Shown: positions 9,354 through 19,364 of the stretch, piece by piece
Layout of the letters: the number at the start of each line of letters is the position of its first letter
Position numbering within the stretch: position 1 is the first letter of the stretch
Assembly: GCA_038247415.1 (NCBI GenBank)
Contig: JBBRUX010000005.1
Location: 59,504-123,503, forward strand
Source: Chitinivibrionales bacterium
GTDB taxonomy: Bacteria > Fibrobacterota > Chitinivibrionia > Chitinivibrionales > WJKA01
Length of the DNA: 64,000 nucleotides
Reading direction: 5' to 3'
Notes under the pieces: generated by a model
Told to the model about the DNA's origin: nothing
The model's database searches: none
What the model saw: only the letters and a program-made list of their open reading frames with translations
Position numbers and translations under genes: made by a program

Positions 9354-9989
9354 ATGCAACATTCGATTATTAAGCCAATCATTCTCTTTGTAATAGTTCT
9401 CTCTCTGTTTCAATTTACGGGATGTGGTTATAATGCATTGCAATCGGGCGACGAAGACGTTAAAGCATCGTGGTCCGAAGTTGTGAACCAATATCAGCGT
9501 AGGTCCGATCTTATTCCTAACCTGGTTAATACTGTCAAGGGCTATGCTGCTCACGAAGAAGATGTTTTTACTTCCGTTACACAGGCACGCGCCCAGGTTG
9601 GCTCAATTAAAGCAACCCCCGAATTGCTCAACGACCCTGCTGCATTTCAGCGTTTTCAAGCAGTTCAAGGTCAAATGACAAGCGCACTCTCCCGATTGCT
9701 CGTGGTTTCCGAAAATTATCCTAATCTTAAAGCAGATGCCTCATTTCAGGCACTCCAGGCGCAACTCGAAGGCACCGAAAATCGGATAACCGTAGCTCGC
9801 AACAGATATATTGCATCGGTAAAGAGTTATAATACCAAGGTACGAACATTTCCAACGCTCATTACAGCCCGAATTTTTGGGATAACCACAAAACCAAACT
9901 TTTCGGTTGCTAACGAGGAAGCTATTTCTACTGCCCCATCTGTAGATTTTGCAAAACCAGCTGTTCCTGCCGCACCTGGAACACACTAA
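9354..9989 (+). CDS. lemA: LemA family protein
   Basis: CGYN, QYQRRSDLIPNLVNTVKGYA, ENYPNLKA, LEGTENRI; SD AAGGAG before ATG 9354. Confidence 0.93.
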   Translation: MQHSIIKPIILFVIVLSLFQFTGCGYNALQSGDEDVKASWSEVVNQYQRRSDLIPNLVNTVKGYAAHEEDVFTSVTQARAQVGSIKATPELLNDPAAFQRFQAVQGQMTSALSRLLVVSENYPNLKADASFQALQAQLEGTENRITVARNRYIASVKSYNTKVRTFPTLITARIFGITTKPNFSVANEEAISTAPSVDFAKPAVPAAPGTH

Positions 9990-9995
9990 ATTCTC

Positions 9996-10883
9996 ATGAG
10001 CACACTGCACACTCTCCGCGCGTTGCGTTTTTTTCGCCACGCATTTAGTACTCTGGCTATTCTCGCAGTATTTGTTGGTGCATATGCTCAAGAAAAAATT
10101 CCTGCGCTTACGAGCATGGTTACCGATCTTACGCAAACGCTTTCTGCCAACCAGATTCAATCCCTGACCACAGAATTATCTGCATTCGAGAAACGTAAAG
10201 GCTCTCAAATCGTTGTTCTTCTTGTGCCAACAACGCAGCCAGAAGCCATTGAGCAGTATTCTATTCGTGTAGCCGAAGCTTGGAAAATTGGCCGCAAAGG
10301 CACCGATGATGGCGCCATTCTTATTATTGCCACGAACGACCGTACTATACGCATTGAAGTTGGCTATGGGCTAGAAGGTATACTCACCGATTATGCAACA
10401 AAACGAATTATAGAAGAACAAATCGTACCTGCTTTTAAGCAAGGGCAGCTCTTTGCAGGTATTGTTGCGGGTGTTACTACACTAGAAAGGCTTGTTGACG
10501 GAGAAGAACTTCCCCCTCCAAAGCCACGTTCGCATTCGGGAATCCCAAAAGGCAAAGGCCTCGAAATACTCCTGCCCATTCTCTTTTTTGGAACCATTTT
10601 TTTACGATCTCTTTTTGGCAGGCTTTTTGGAGGAATCTGTGCAGGCGGGCTTGTTGGATTCATGATATTTCTTGTTTTTAGCTCTATGCTTGGGGCAGTT
10701 GCATTGGGTATTATCGCATTTATATTTATTCTGCTTGGCGGGATGGATTCTCGCGTAGGCGGAGCAGGCCCTCGAGGCGGTGGTTTTTTTGGTGGAGGAG
10801 GAATGGGGTCAGGTGGTGGGTTTAGCGGCTTTTCTGGTGGCGGTGGAGGTTTTGGCGGAGGCGGAGCATCGGGTCGATGGTAA
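9996..10883 (+). CDS. TPM domain protein (YgcG-like) with Gly-rich tail
   Basis: WKIGRKGTDDGAIL, RIEVGYGLEG, FSGGGGGFGGGGASGRW tail. Confidence 0.92.
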   Translation: MSTLHTLRALRFFRHAFSTLAILAVFVGAYAQEKIPALTSMVTDLTQTLSANQIQSLTTELSAFEKRKGSQIVVLLVPTTQPEAIEQYSIRVAEAWKIGRKGTDDGAILIIATNDRTIRIEVGYGLEGILTDYATKRIIEEQIVPAFKQGQLFAGIVAGVTTLERLVDGEELPPPKPRSHSGIPKGKGLEILLPILFFGTIFLRSLFGRLFGGICAGGLVGFMIFLVFSSMLGAVALGIIAFIFILLGGMDSRVGGAGPRGGGFFGGGGMGSGGGFSGFSGGGGGFGGGGASGRW

Positions 10884-10929
10884 GCAACCAAATGGCAAAT
10901 CTTTATACAAACTTTTTCTGTGATACACT

Positions 10930-11430
10930 ATGACTTTACTTATTAGAATTATTCGTCATCTAGTCTCCCCTGGGTGGATAGTACGCAAATACTTTTCTGT
11001 GCAGGCAATGGATTCTATTAAAGCTGCAATCTCAAGCTCAGAAAAAAAGCATTGCGGCGAAGTCAGATTTGCTGTTGAGCATGCCCTTCATGTACCCGAT
11101 CTCCTTTCGAACACATCCGCCCGAGATAGAGCACTCGAAGTTTTTTCTCTGCTGCGAATCTGGGACACCGAATGTAATAATGGTGTGCTTATCTATCTCT
11201 TATTGGCAGACAAATCTGTCGAAATAATTGCGGATCGAGGAATAAACAAAATCGTTGGTTCTCAAGAATGGGGACGCATTTGTTCTGATATAAAATCTCA
11301 GTTTAAAAAGAATGCATTTCCTCAAGGCGTACTCCATGGTATTGAGCAGATAACCGTGCACCTTTCCAAACACTTCCCCTATTCGTCTCTAGACACAAAC
11401 GAACTCGACGATTCGCCTATGATTTTATAA
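10930..11430 (+). CDS. TPM domain protein
   Basis: GEVRFAVE, WDTECNNGVLIYLLLADKSVEIIADRG, NELDD; third gene of the usual lemA trio. Confidence 0.9.
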   Translation: MTLLIRIIRHLVSPGWIVRKYFSVQAMDSIKAAISSSEKKHCGEVRFAVEHALHVPDLLSNTSARDRALEVFSLLRIWDTECNNGVLIYLLLADKSVEIIADRGINKIVGSQEWGRICSDIKSQFKKNAFPQGVLHGIEQITVHLSKHFPYSSLDTNELDDSPMIL

Positions 11431-11530
11431 GTTCTCTGCGCATCTTTTTTTAGGCTCCTCCCCATAGTCTTATCCCCAACGTATTTTAAATACAGACAAC
11501 TATACTCACATCATTTTTGGAGATAAAACA

Positions 11531-12931
11531 ATGATCCTGACTCTTGCCAAAAAATCAAAGAGCTCTACTTGTATAGAATTTATTACCAAAGACTCTATAA
11601 ACCCAATTCAAGATTTTGATGGCGAAGCTGGACAAATAGCAGTCCGCTACCTCGAAGCCCAAACTCTTATTTATTGTGGTTTAGGCGATGTTGCCAAGTA
11701 CACAACTGCAACATTACGCCGGGCAAGTGCAGTGGGCCTTCAACGCGCAAAAAGCCTCAAAAGAACCTCGATAAGCGTTATCCCGCCAGTATGTGCTGCA
11801 CAACAAGAATCTGTCGATGCCATTATCGAAGGACTCATGCTTGGCGACTACAGCTTTTCGACGTATAAACCTATCAAACCCCAATCGGCATTATCGGTAG
11901 AGCTCATTTCTAAAAGCTACACCCAAAAACGGTTAGATCGTATAATGTCAATCTGTTACGGAACAAATTATGCCCGTGCGCTAGTCAACGAAAATGCGCA
12001 TATTGTAACACCAGAATATCTTGCGCATCATGCCCGCGCAATTTCGCAAAGTCAAAAATGCAGCGTAACCATTCTCGACGAAACTCAGTTGCAAGCGCAG
12101 GGGCTCAATCTTATCTGTGCTGTTGGCAGCGGATCGGCCACTCCCCCGCGGCTTATCATTCTCAAGTACACTTCTCCAAAACCTAATGCACCCACCGTTG
12201 CCATTATTGGAAAAGGAATTACCTTCGATTCGGGCGGACAAAACCTTAAGCCCACAGGCAGTATCGAAACCATGCGATGCGATATGGCAGGTGCCGCAGC
12301 AGTTCTTGGCTTTTTCTCATCAATCAACGAAATTAATCCGAGCGTAAATATTATTGGTGTTATCCCTTCTGCCCACAACGCCATCGACTCTCTTTCTTAT
12401 TTTCCCGGCGATATCTATACTGCATACAATAAAAAAACCGTCGAGATCAATAACACCGACGCCGAGGGTCGCCTCGTGCTCGCCGATGCAATTTCGTACA
12501 CTATTGACAAACACAAGCCAGATGCGATTATCGATTTAGCAACCCTCACAGGCGGCATTCTTGTTGCCCTCGGAGATACCATAGCAGGCCTTTTCTGCAA
12601 CAATGACGCCCTTGCAAACAAGCTTTTTACTGCAGGGGAAACAAGCGGCGAAAGACTCTGGCGGTTTCCACTCTACCCCGAATATACCGAAGCCATGAAA
12701 AGTGATTGTGCCGATTTACGCAACAGCAGTAAACTCAAAAAAGGTTGGGCTAGCTCCATAACCGGAGCCGCGTTTATTCAAGAATTTGTAGCAGGAACGC
12801 CATGGGCACATCTGGACATTGCAGGAACTGCATTTAACGAAGGTGAAGCAAAAGGCGAAATTCCAAAATATGGTACCGGATTTGGCGTGCGACTCTTAGC
12901 ACAGCACCTAGGCAACTATTTGTCTGAATAA
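11531..12931 (+). CDS. pepA: Leucyl aminopeptidase (M17)
   Basis: GKGITFDSGG, MRCDMAGAA, NTDAEGRLVLAD, WAHLDIAGT. Confidence 0.95.
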   Translation: MILTLAKKSKSSTCIEFITKDSINPIQDFDGEAGQIAVRYLEAQTLIYCGLGDVAKYTTATLRRASAVGLQRAKSLKRTSISVIPPVCAAQQESVDAIIEGLMLGDYSFSTYKPIKPQSALSVELISKSYTQKRLDRIMSICYGTNYARALVNENAHIVTPEYLAHHARAISQSQKCSVTILDETQLQAQGLNLICAVGSGSATPPRLIILKYTSPKPNAPTVAIIGKGITFDSGGQNLKPTGSIETMRCDMAGAAAVLGFFSSINEINPSVNIIGVIPSAHNAIDSLSYFPGDIYTAYNKKTVEINNTDAEGRLVLADAISYTIDKHKPDAIIDLATLTGGILVALGDTIAGLFCNNDALANKLFTAGETSGERLWRFPLYPEYTEAMKSDCADLRNSSKLKKGWASSITGAAFIQEFVAGTPWAHLDIAGTAFNEGEAKGEIPKYGTGFGVRLLAQHLGNYLSE

Positions 12932-12961
12932 GTTTTAATCTTATAAGAAGGGACAACGACT

Positions 12962-13573
12962 ATGACCATTGAAACTATTGGCGGGATCCATCCCTTTGAT
13001 GCCATTGTTGTTATTGGCGCGATTATTTTTTTGATCCTTGGCATTAAACGTGGTCTCATAGAAGAATTATTTAGGCTCGCTGGTATTATTGGCGGTTTCC
13101 TTATTGCTGTCAGATTTAACCACGATCTCTCCCCAGCTCTTAACTTTATCAAAGTCCCCGAAAATACTCTTAATGCAATTGCATTTGGCATCATCTTTAT
13201 TGTTGCAGTAATTGTAATCATCGCCTTTGGATGGCTCTTTAAAAAGGTTGTTCATTTAACGCCTGCAGCCTGGGCCGATTGGCTATTTGGAGGGGTTTTT
13301 GGTATTGTCAAGGTTCTCTTTATAGCCTGGATATTTGTTCTCTCGGTAGAATCTTCACCTTTTCGCAGTATCAAAATCCAATTTGACCGATCTAAGCTCT
13401 ATCCGATTCTTGCTTCTATACCAGTCAAGTTCAAGGTTCCATTCATTGAAATGGGCAAACAAACCATTATTCATCAATCGTCTCGGATTATATCTGAACC
13501 CTCCTCTAAAGCACCTCTTATCAGAGAAGGCGTCAAGCGAATTCCTCCTCAACGCAAAAGTTCATTACCATGA
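12962..13573 (+). CDS. cvpA: CvpA family (colicin V production) membrane protein
   Basis: FDAIVV...GIKRGLIEELF, DWLFGGVFGIVK; four TM helices. Confidence 0.85.
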   Translation: MTIETIGGIHPFDAIVVIGAIIFLILGIKRGLIEELFRLAGIIGGFLIAVRFNHDLSPALNFIKVPENTLNAIAFGIIFIVAVIVIIAFGWLFKKVVHLTPAAWADWLFGGVFGIVKVLFIAWIFVLSVESSPFRSIKIQFDRSKLYPILASIPVKFKVPFIEMGKQTIIHQSSRIISEPSSKAPLIREGVKRIPPQRKSSLP

Positions 13574-14376
13574 TTCTTTTTTTTGGAGCACTGTTCGGCC
13601 TTCTTCTCGGATCATTTTTTAATGTGCTTATTTACCGTATTCCACGCAATGAATCAATTGCATTTCCCGCATCACATTGCCCGCAGTGCAAAAAAACGCT
13701 TAAACCCTGGCATAACATTCCTCTTGTAAGCTACCTCTTTCTCTTTGGGAAATGTTCTTATTGTAAAAAAACAATTAGCATCCGCTACCCACTACTAGAA
13801 GCACTCACAGGGATTCTCTGCGCGCTTTTATGCGCGTTCTATCTTGTTCCTAACATACTCTTGCATCAGGGTCTTTTTAGTATACTTGTATTCGGAATTA
13901 AGGCGCTCATTCTTCTTCTGCTGATACCCATTGCAATTATCGATTATGATCATCTCATAATACCCGATAGGTTTTCGATCGGCTCCATCGCAGCGGGGAT
14001 AATTCTTGCATTACTTCCTTCTGGCATTGGCATTATTCAATCACTACTGGGTCTGGTTGCTGGAGGGGGAACTCTTTTACTAATAGGAATGCTTGGCAAG
14101 GTGCTCTTCAAGAAGGATAGTATGGGCATGGGCGATATTAAGCTTATGGCAGGATTTGGTGCGCTTTTTGGTCCATCCATTGCCTTCTATGGCATAATGT
14201 TTGGCTCGGTCATTGGAGCTATCGTCGGGGTAATTCTTATTGTGTCAGGCCTGCTTAAACGAGGCGTTGTTATCCCTTTTGGGCCTTTTCTTGCAATGGG
14301 AATTTGGGTGGGTGTTTTCTTTGGGGATACCATACTGCAATCGTACACAAGCTTTCTCAATTCCCTCATTCGCTAA
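13570..14376 (+). CDS. pilD: Prepilin peptidase / N-methyltransferase (A24)
   Basis: GSFFNVLIYRIP, SHCPQC, GKCSYC, IIDYDHLIIPD, MGMGDIKL, IPFGPFL. Confidence 0.95.
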   Translation: MILFFGALFGLLLGSFFNVLIYRIPRNESIAFPASHCPQCKKTLKPWHNIPLVSYLFLFGKCSYCKKTISIRYPLLEALTGILCALLCAFYLVPNILLHQGLFSILVFGIKALILLLLIPIAIIDYDHLIIPDRFSIGSIAAGIILALLPSGIGIIQSLLGLVAGGGTLLLIGMLGKVLFKKDSMGMGDIKLMAGFGALFGPSIAFYGIMFGSVIGAIVGVILIVSGLLKRGVVIPFGPFLAMGIWVGVFFGDTILQSYTSFLNSLIR

Positions 14377-14493
14377 TATGCTCTCGTATAGCAGTGCGTT
14401 TGAGCTCCTTTGAAGCTTTTGGAAGATTCACCAACCTGCTAGACAGATACAATTTCTAAGGTGATAAATTCTTACCGCCCTGTATCACTTATT

Positions 14494-15621
14494 TTAGGAA
14501 GCTCTCCGTTGAAACGAACTAAGCGCTATCCAAAAAACAGCTATGCCAATAAAAAGCATGGCAAGTCCTTCACGCCACAAATCAACAAACGTTGCTCCTT
14601 TAAGTAAAATCGATCTCACGATAAACATAAAAAAGCGCACTGGATTTGCAGCAGTTACAATCTGAACCCACCCCGGCATATTTTCAATCGGGATAAAAAA
14701 GCCTGAAAGCATTATAAAAAAGATTAAAATGAACCACAGCAAAAAAAGGACTTGTTGACTTGTACGAGCAATCATGGAAGCCAATATACCAATACCCAAA
14801 GACGACATCATATAGAATATCGCAAATACAAAAAGTGCCACCGGATCACCTTTAAACGGTATACGAAACCATAAGAGCGAAACCGCAAAAAATGCAACAA
14901 TTTCAATCACGCCGATTATAACAAACGGTATAATTTTTCCCACGACGAGCTGAATTGGCGTAATGGGAGTAACCAGAAGCTGTTCAAAGGTCCCTTTTTC
15001 TTTTTCTTTAACTATAGAGAGTCCGGTTAAAAGCCCTGTAATAAGCGCAACTAAAATCACCACGAGCGCAGGAATCATGTACCATGTAGAATCCAGACGC
15101 GGGTTAAACATTACCACAGGAGACACTTTTATAGGAATCTGACTTTCAATATTCATACCTTGAGATTTTAAAATCAATGCTACCCTATCGAGCGAAAAAC
15201 GGGAGAGCACAGAATTCATGTATCCTACTGCTACTTGAGAGCTATTCGCATCTTCCCCATCGATGCGTAAATAAACCGAAGAAGATTTATTATTGCTTAT
15301 TTTCAAACCAAAATCAGGTGGAATAACAAGACCCACTCGAATCTCTCCCTTATCAAGCATAGTAGTTATGTGGCGTTCATCCGTTGTTAGTCCTACAAAA
15401 CGGAAAAGCTCGTTATACTTGAGATGCGTAATTAAATCGCGACTAACCGGAGTATTGCTGTAATCCACAACGGCAATAGGGGTATTTTTAACATCGGTTG
15501 TTATCGCATATCCTATAACAAAGAGCTGCACAAGAACCGGAAAAAATATGAGCCTCACCATGAGCGGATCCGCTTTAATATGAGCAAACTCTTTCCAAAT
15601 AAGAGTAAATATGCTTCTCAT
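14494..15621 (-). CDS. ABC-2 type transporter permease (YbhR-like)
   Basis: KEKEKGTFEQLLVTPI, LSGFFIPIENMP. Confidence 0.92.
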   Translation of the reverse strand: MRSIFTLIWKEFAHIKADPLMVRLIFFPVLVQLFVIGYAITTDVKNTPIAVVDYSNTPVSRDLITHLKYNELFRFVGLTTDERHITTMLDKGEIRVGLVIPPDFGLKISNNKSSSVYLRIDGEDANSSQVAVGYMNSVLSRFSLDRVALILKSQGMNIESQIPIKVSPVVMFNPRLDSTWYMIPALVVILVALITGLLTGLSIVKEKEKGTFEQLLVTPITPIQLVVGKIIPFVIIGVIEIVAFFAVSLLWFRIPFKGDPVALFVFAIFYMMSSLGIGILASMIARTSQQVLFLLWFILIFFIMLSGFFIPIENMPGWVQIVTAANPVRFFMFIVRSILLKGATFVDLWREGLAMLFIGIAVFWIALSSFQRRAS

Positions 15622-16742
15622 AATTTAGCCTTGAGGTTACGAATCGATAGTATTAAAAACAAAAATCCCATCCCCGACAAAATGCACAAAGGCTGCCATA
15701 GTTCAACTATCCCTACACCTTTGAGCATAATACCACGTATAAGCAGCAAAAAGTACGTGGCTGGCATTATATTGGCAAGCCATTGCAAAGCCTGGGGCAT
15801 ACTTGCAATTGGAAATATGAATCCCGAGAGCATTATCGTAGAAAGCATCGTAATAGGTATTACTAAGAGCATTGCCTGTTGCTGGGTTTTTGCCACAGTG
15901 CTAAAAATGAGACCCAAGGCAAGAGACACCAAAATGTAAACAAGACACGAAAGAATCAAAAACGCATAATTTCCAGCGCACGAAACCCCAAACCACACTT
16001 GTCCCACAAAAAGCATTAAACCTCCGTCAATTGCCGCAATGGCAACATATGCAAGGATTTTTCCAATAATAATTTCTATTGGTTTTAAGGGCGAAATAAG
16101 AAGTTGTTCGAGAGTGCCAAGCTCTTTTTCGCGGGTAAGCGTTAGCGAGGTAAGCATGGCCGGTATCATGATCAGAATAATTGCCATTAGTCCGGGAACA
16201 AAAAAGAGTGAGCTTTTCTGTTCGGGATTATACAAAACATCGGGAACAACATTGATCGAAGCTTGTGGTTTTATTCCTAATATTCCAAACGCGGCCTTTT
16301 GCATCAGAGGTTCAGCAAGATTACGAATAAGGGTTCCTTGATTAGGATCGGTTCCATCAATAAGAACCTGAATTGGCGCTGGAGTCCCTCCATTGCGTAC
16401 GTCTTTATCAAAATCGGGCGCAAACCGAAAGATTGCCTTGACATGCCAGGTTTTAAACACTTCTTCTACGTTATTTGCAGAATACACATACCCCAACACT
16501 TTAAAAGTTTGCGAAGCATCAATGTTACGACCGATATCTCGCACCACACTGCTCCCGCTTGGATCTTCGATAAGCACCGGTAAATCTGAAATATCAAGAG
16601 TTAGTGCATAGCCATACAAGAACATCATGAGGACTGGAAGCGCAATTATAATAATCAGCGTCTGCCAATCTCGCATAATATGCCATGTTTCTTTTATGAC
16701 AAGGGCACGTATACGCAAAGGAGAAATAGAGTGAGAATTCAT
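15618..16742 (-). CDS. ABC-2 type transporter permease (YbhS-like)
   Basis: KETWHIMRD, REKELGTLEQLLISP, LSGFIFPIASMP. Confidence 0.92.
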   Translation of the reverse strand: MNSHSISPLRIRALVIKETWHIMRDWQTLIIIIALPVLMMFLYGYALTLDISDLPVLIEDPSGSSVVRDIGRNIDASQTFKVLGYVYSANNVEEVFKTWHVKAIFRFAPDFDKDVRNGGTPAPIQVLIDGTDPNQGTLIRNLAEPLMQKAAFGILGIKPQASINVVPDVLYNPEQKSSLFFVPGLMAIILIMIPAMLTSLTLTREKELGTLEQLLISPLKPIEIIIGKILAYVAIAAIDGGLMLFVGQVWFGVSCAGNYAFLILSCLVYILVSLALGLIFSTVAKTQQQAMLLVIPITMLSTIMLSGFIFPIASMPQALQWLANIMPATYFLLLIRGIMLKGVGIVELWQPLCILSGMGFLFLILSIRNLKAKL

Positions 16743-17473
16743 ACTCTCCCCACACCAACTAATTTAATAAAAACATCATTAAGCGAATCGCATTCAAGCT
16801 TTTTTTTAAGCTCACGAGGCGTTCCCAACGCAGCAATTTTTCCATCTATCATTATTGATAAGCGAGTACAATATTCTGCTTCATCCATATGATGCGTTGT
16901 AATAAAAACAGTTGTTCCTTGTGCGGCGAGATTCCCAAGCAGATCCCAAAAATTACGACGGCTAACCGGATCTACAGAACCCGTTGGTTCATCGAGAAAC
17001 AAAATAGAGGGCTCATGGAGCAAGGCACACGCAAGGGAAAGTCTTTGCTGCCAGCCCCATGGAACATCATTGGTAATGCGCCCAAGCAACTTTGACAAAT
17101 CTAAAAAATGTGCCAATTTTTGTATTCGCTTCTGCAAAGTAGCACGAGGAACCCCATAGAGCGCGCCATAAATTTGCATATTTTGTAAAATGGTTAAATC
17201 GGTATACAAACTAAACTTTTGCGACATATAGCCAATGCGCGATCGAATTTTATCAGACTCACGCATAATATCGAAGCCTGCAACCTGTCCCGATCCCGAG
17301 CTAGGCATGAGCAAACCGCATATCATTCGAATTGCGGTAGTTTTACCCGCACCATTCGCTCCCAAAAAACCAAAGATCTCCCCTTGAGCAACCGACACAT
17401 TAATGTGATCTACCGCAACATAGCTGCCAAACAACTTGGTAAGATTTTGAGTTTCTATTGTTAATGGCGCCAT
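16739..17473 (-). CDS. ABC transporter ATP-binding protein
   Basis: Walker A GANGAGKTT, LFLDEPT, H-loop TTHHMDEAE; degenerate signature VPWGWQQR. Confidence 0.95.
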   Translation of the reverse strand: MAPLTIETQNLTKLFGSYVAVDHINVSVAQGEIFGFLGANGAGKTTAIRMICGLLMPSSGSGQVAGFDIMRESDKIRSRIGYMSQKFSLYTDLTILQNMQIYGALYGVPRATLQKRIQKLAHFLDLSKLLGRITNDVPWGWQQRLSLACALLHEPSILFLDEPTGSVDPVSRRNFWDLLGNLAAQGTTVFITTHHMDEAEYCTRLSIMIDGKIAALGTPRELKKKLECDSLNDVFIKLVGVGRV

Positions 17474-17475
17474 AC

Positions 17476-18402
17476 TTAGCCTACCATTTCCCCTTCAGAA
17501 ACAAGGGCAAAAAACAAATCTTCGATGCTTGGTTCAAGAGGTTCGATATGAGCATCGAGGGGCACTATTTTTCGAATAAGGAGTTCCGGATCCGCAACAT
17601 GAGGAGATACCCCAATATGAATACATCCTCCCACAGGATACGCTCGTTCTATGCCATGAGGCAACTCAACCGATTTTGATAGCGTCAAGGAACGCTCTGC
17701 ACACTCTGCTTTAAAAATTTTATAGGGATACTGTTGACGCAAGAACGTAGGCGTACCAGAAAGCAGAACAACTCCTTTATGAAGCAATGCCAGTTCATCA
17801 CAATATTCAGCTTCATCCATATAAGGAGTAGACACTACTATAGTTATACCATCGCGCTTAAGCTCCGATAAAATAGTCCAAAACTCTTTGCGTGAAACAG
17901 GATCGACTCCTGTTGTAGGTTCGTCAAGGATAAGAATTTGGGGAGTATGTATGAGGGCGCACGAAAGCGCTAATTTTTGCTTCATCCCTCCCGAAAGATT
18001 TTTTGCTTTACGATCTACAAAAGAAGATAGTCTCGAAAATGTCAAGAGTCTTGAAATGCGACTCGCGCGTTCTGTACCATACACCCCAAAAATATCAGCA
18101 AAAAAATGCATGTTTTCGCCAACACTTAAATCTTCGTAAAGCGAAAATTTTTGCGGCATATATCCGATAATGCTTCTAATGGTGCGCATCTGAGAATCGA
18201 TTGGATAACCGCCAACCTCTGCGTATCCGCTATCGGGATCGATAAGCGTCGTAAGAACCCGCATGAGCGTTGTCTTCCCGGCCCCATCGGCACCAATAAG
18301 ACCAAACATCGATCCCTTTTGTACCGAAAAAGATAAACCAGCAAGGGCATGGATATCTGCATAGTTTTTGCAGATATCGCGTACTACGAGAGCTTCATTC
18401 AT
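17476..18402 (-). CDS. ABC transporter ATP-binding protein
   Basis: GADGAGKTT, LSGGMKQK, LILDEPTTGVDP. Confidence 0.95.
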   Translation of the reverse strand: MNEALVVRDICKNYADIHALAGLSFSVQKGSMFGLIGADGAGKTTLMRVLTTLIDPDSGYAEVGGYPIDSQMRTIRSIIGYMPQKFSLYEDLSVGENMHFFADIFGVYGTERASRISRLLTFSRLSSFVDRKAKNLSGGMKQKLALSCALIHTPQILILDEPTTGVDPVSRKEFWTILSELKRDGITIVVSTPYMDEAEYCDELALLHKGVVLLSGTPTFLRQQYPYKIFKAECAERSLTLSKSVELPHGIERAYPVGGCIHIGVSPHVADPELLIRKIVPLDAHIEPLEPSIEDLFFALVSEGEMVG

Positions 18403-18408
18403 GGAGTA

Positions 18409-19314
18409 TTAACGCCATACTTCTACCGGCAGGCCACGTTTAAGCAGTAATGCTGGGTTTGCAGCTAAAGCCCTCACCTTGAACACGAGTTCATTGCGAG
18501 ACTGCCGCGTTTGAATGTTTTTAGGCGAAAATTCGGCATCATTGCTGATCCAGACAATGGTTGCAGGAACAAACTGCCCAGCACCATCCTGATTGTCAAT
18601 TCTAATTCTAACACCGAGACCAGGTTTAAGTTGCGCAAGCAACGTTTGAGGTACAAAAAAATCAACTTGAACAGTGTCATATTTGCCAAGCTCATAAATT
18701 GGCTGTCCTGGCAGCGAGATTTCGCCGACTCGTTTGAAGGTACTGATGACAAGCCCATTTTTAATTGCCTTTACAACGCAACGACGAATTTGATCCTCTA
18801 ATGTTGCTCGTTGTGCATCGATCGCATCTTTTTGTGCCAAAAGTGCTGCTGCCGACAATTGAGAAGATTTCATCTTTAGAAAAGCTGATTCATAGGTAGT
18901 TTTAAGGGCATCTTTCTGTTGACTTGGCGCAGAACCTTTATCAACAAGTCCGCCAATTCTATCAAACTCCCTTTTTGCACCCGACAAATCGGCTTCTCCC
19001 GACGATAACCCCGCTCGTGAAGCAGCTATGTGTGCTGCCAATTGCTCGGCTGTAGCAGCAAGTTCTGCACGTTTTAAATGAAAAGGAATAGTATCGATAA
19101 CCGCAATAATTTCGCCAGCCACAACAGGCTCGCCCTCTTCTTTGTTAACCATAATGAGTGGGCCAGACACTGTTGTTGCAGCTTGTGTTGTTTGTATTTC
19201 TACCACAGCAGAACCAAGAAAATCTTTTGAAATTTTGCCAGAACATCCGATATATCCTGCAATAAATGCCGTTACTGCAAGAATCTGAGCTGCTTTTTTT
19301 CCTGCCATTTGCAT
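18409..19314 (-). CDS. HlyD family efflux periplasmic adaptor (YbhG-like)
   Basis: AEFSPKNIQTRQSRNELVFKV, LKRGLPVEV; start placed at ATG 19314 after GAGGTG SD. Confidence 0.9.
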   Translation of the reverse strand: MQMAGKKAAQILAVTAFIAGYIGCSGKISKDFLGSAVVEIQTTQAATTVSGPLIMVNKEEGEPVVAGEIIAVIDTIPFHLKRAELAATAEQLAAHIAASRAGLSSGEADLSGAKREFDRIGGLVDKGSAPSQQKDALKTTYESAFLKMKSSQLSAAALLAQKDAIDAQRATLEDQIRRCVVKAIKNGLVISTFKRVGEISLPGQPIYELGKYDTVQVDFFVPQTLLAQLKPGLGVRIRIDNQDGAGQFVPATIVWISNDAEFSPKNIQTRQSRNELVFKVRALAANPALLLKRGLPVEVWR

Positions 19315-19364
19315 ATACACCTCGTTACGATAAATATTCTTATTCTCTACCTTAAAACTCATGC

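Noticed and set aside
10391..10891. Pro-rich 166-aa minus-strand ORF
   Set aside because: Antisense shadow of the Gly-rich tail of the TPM protein.
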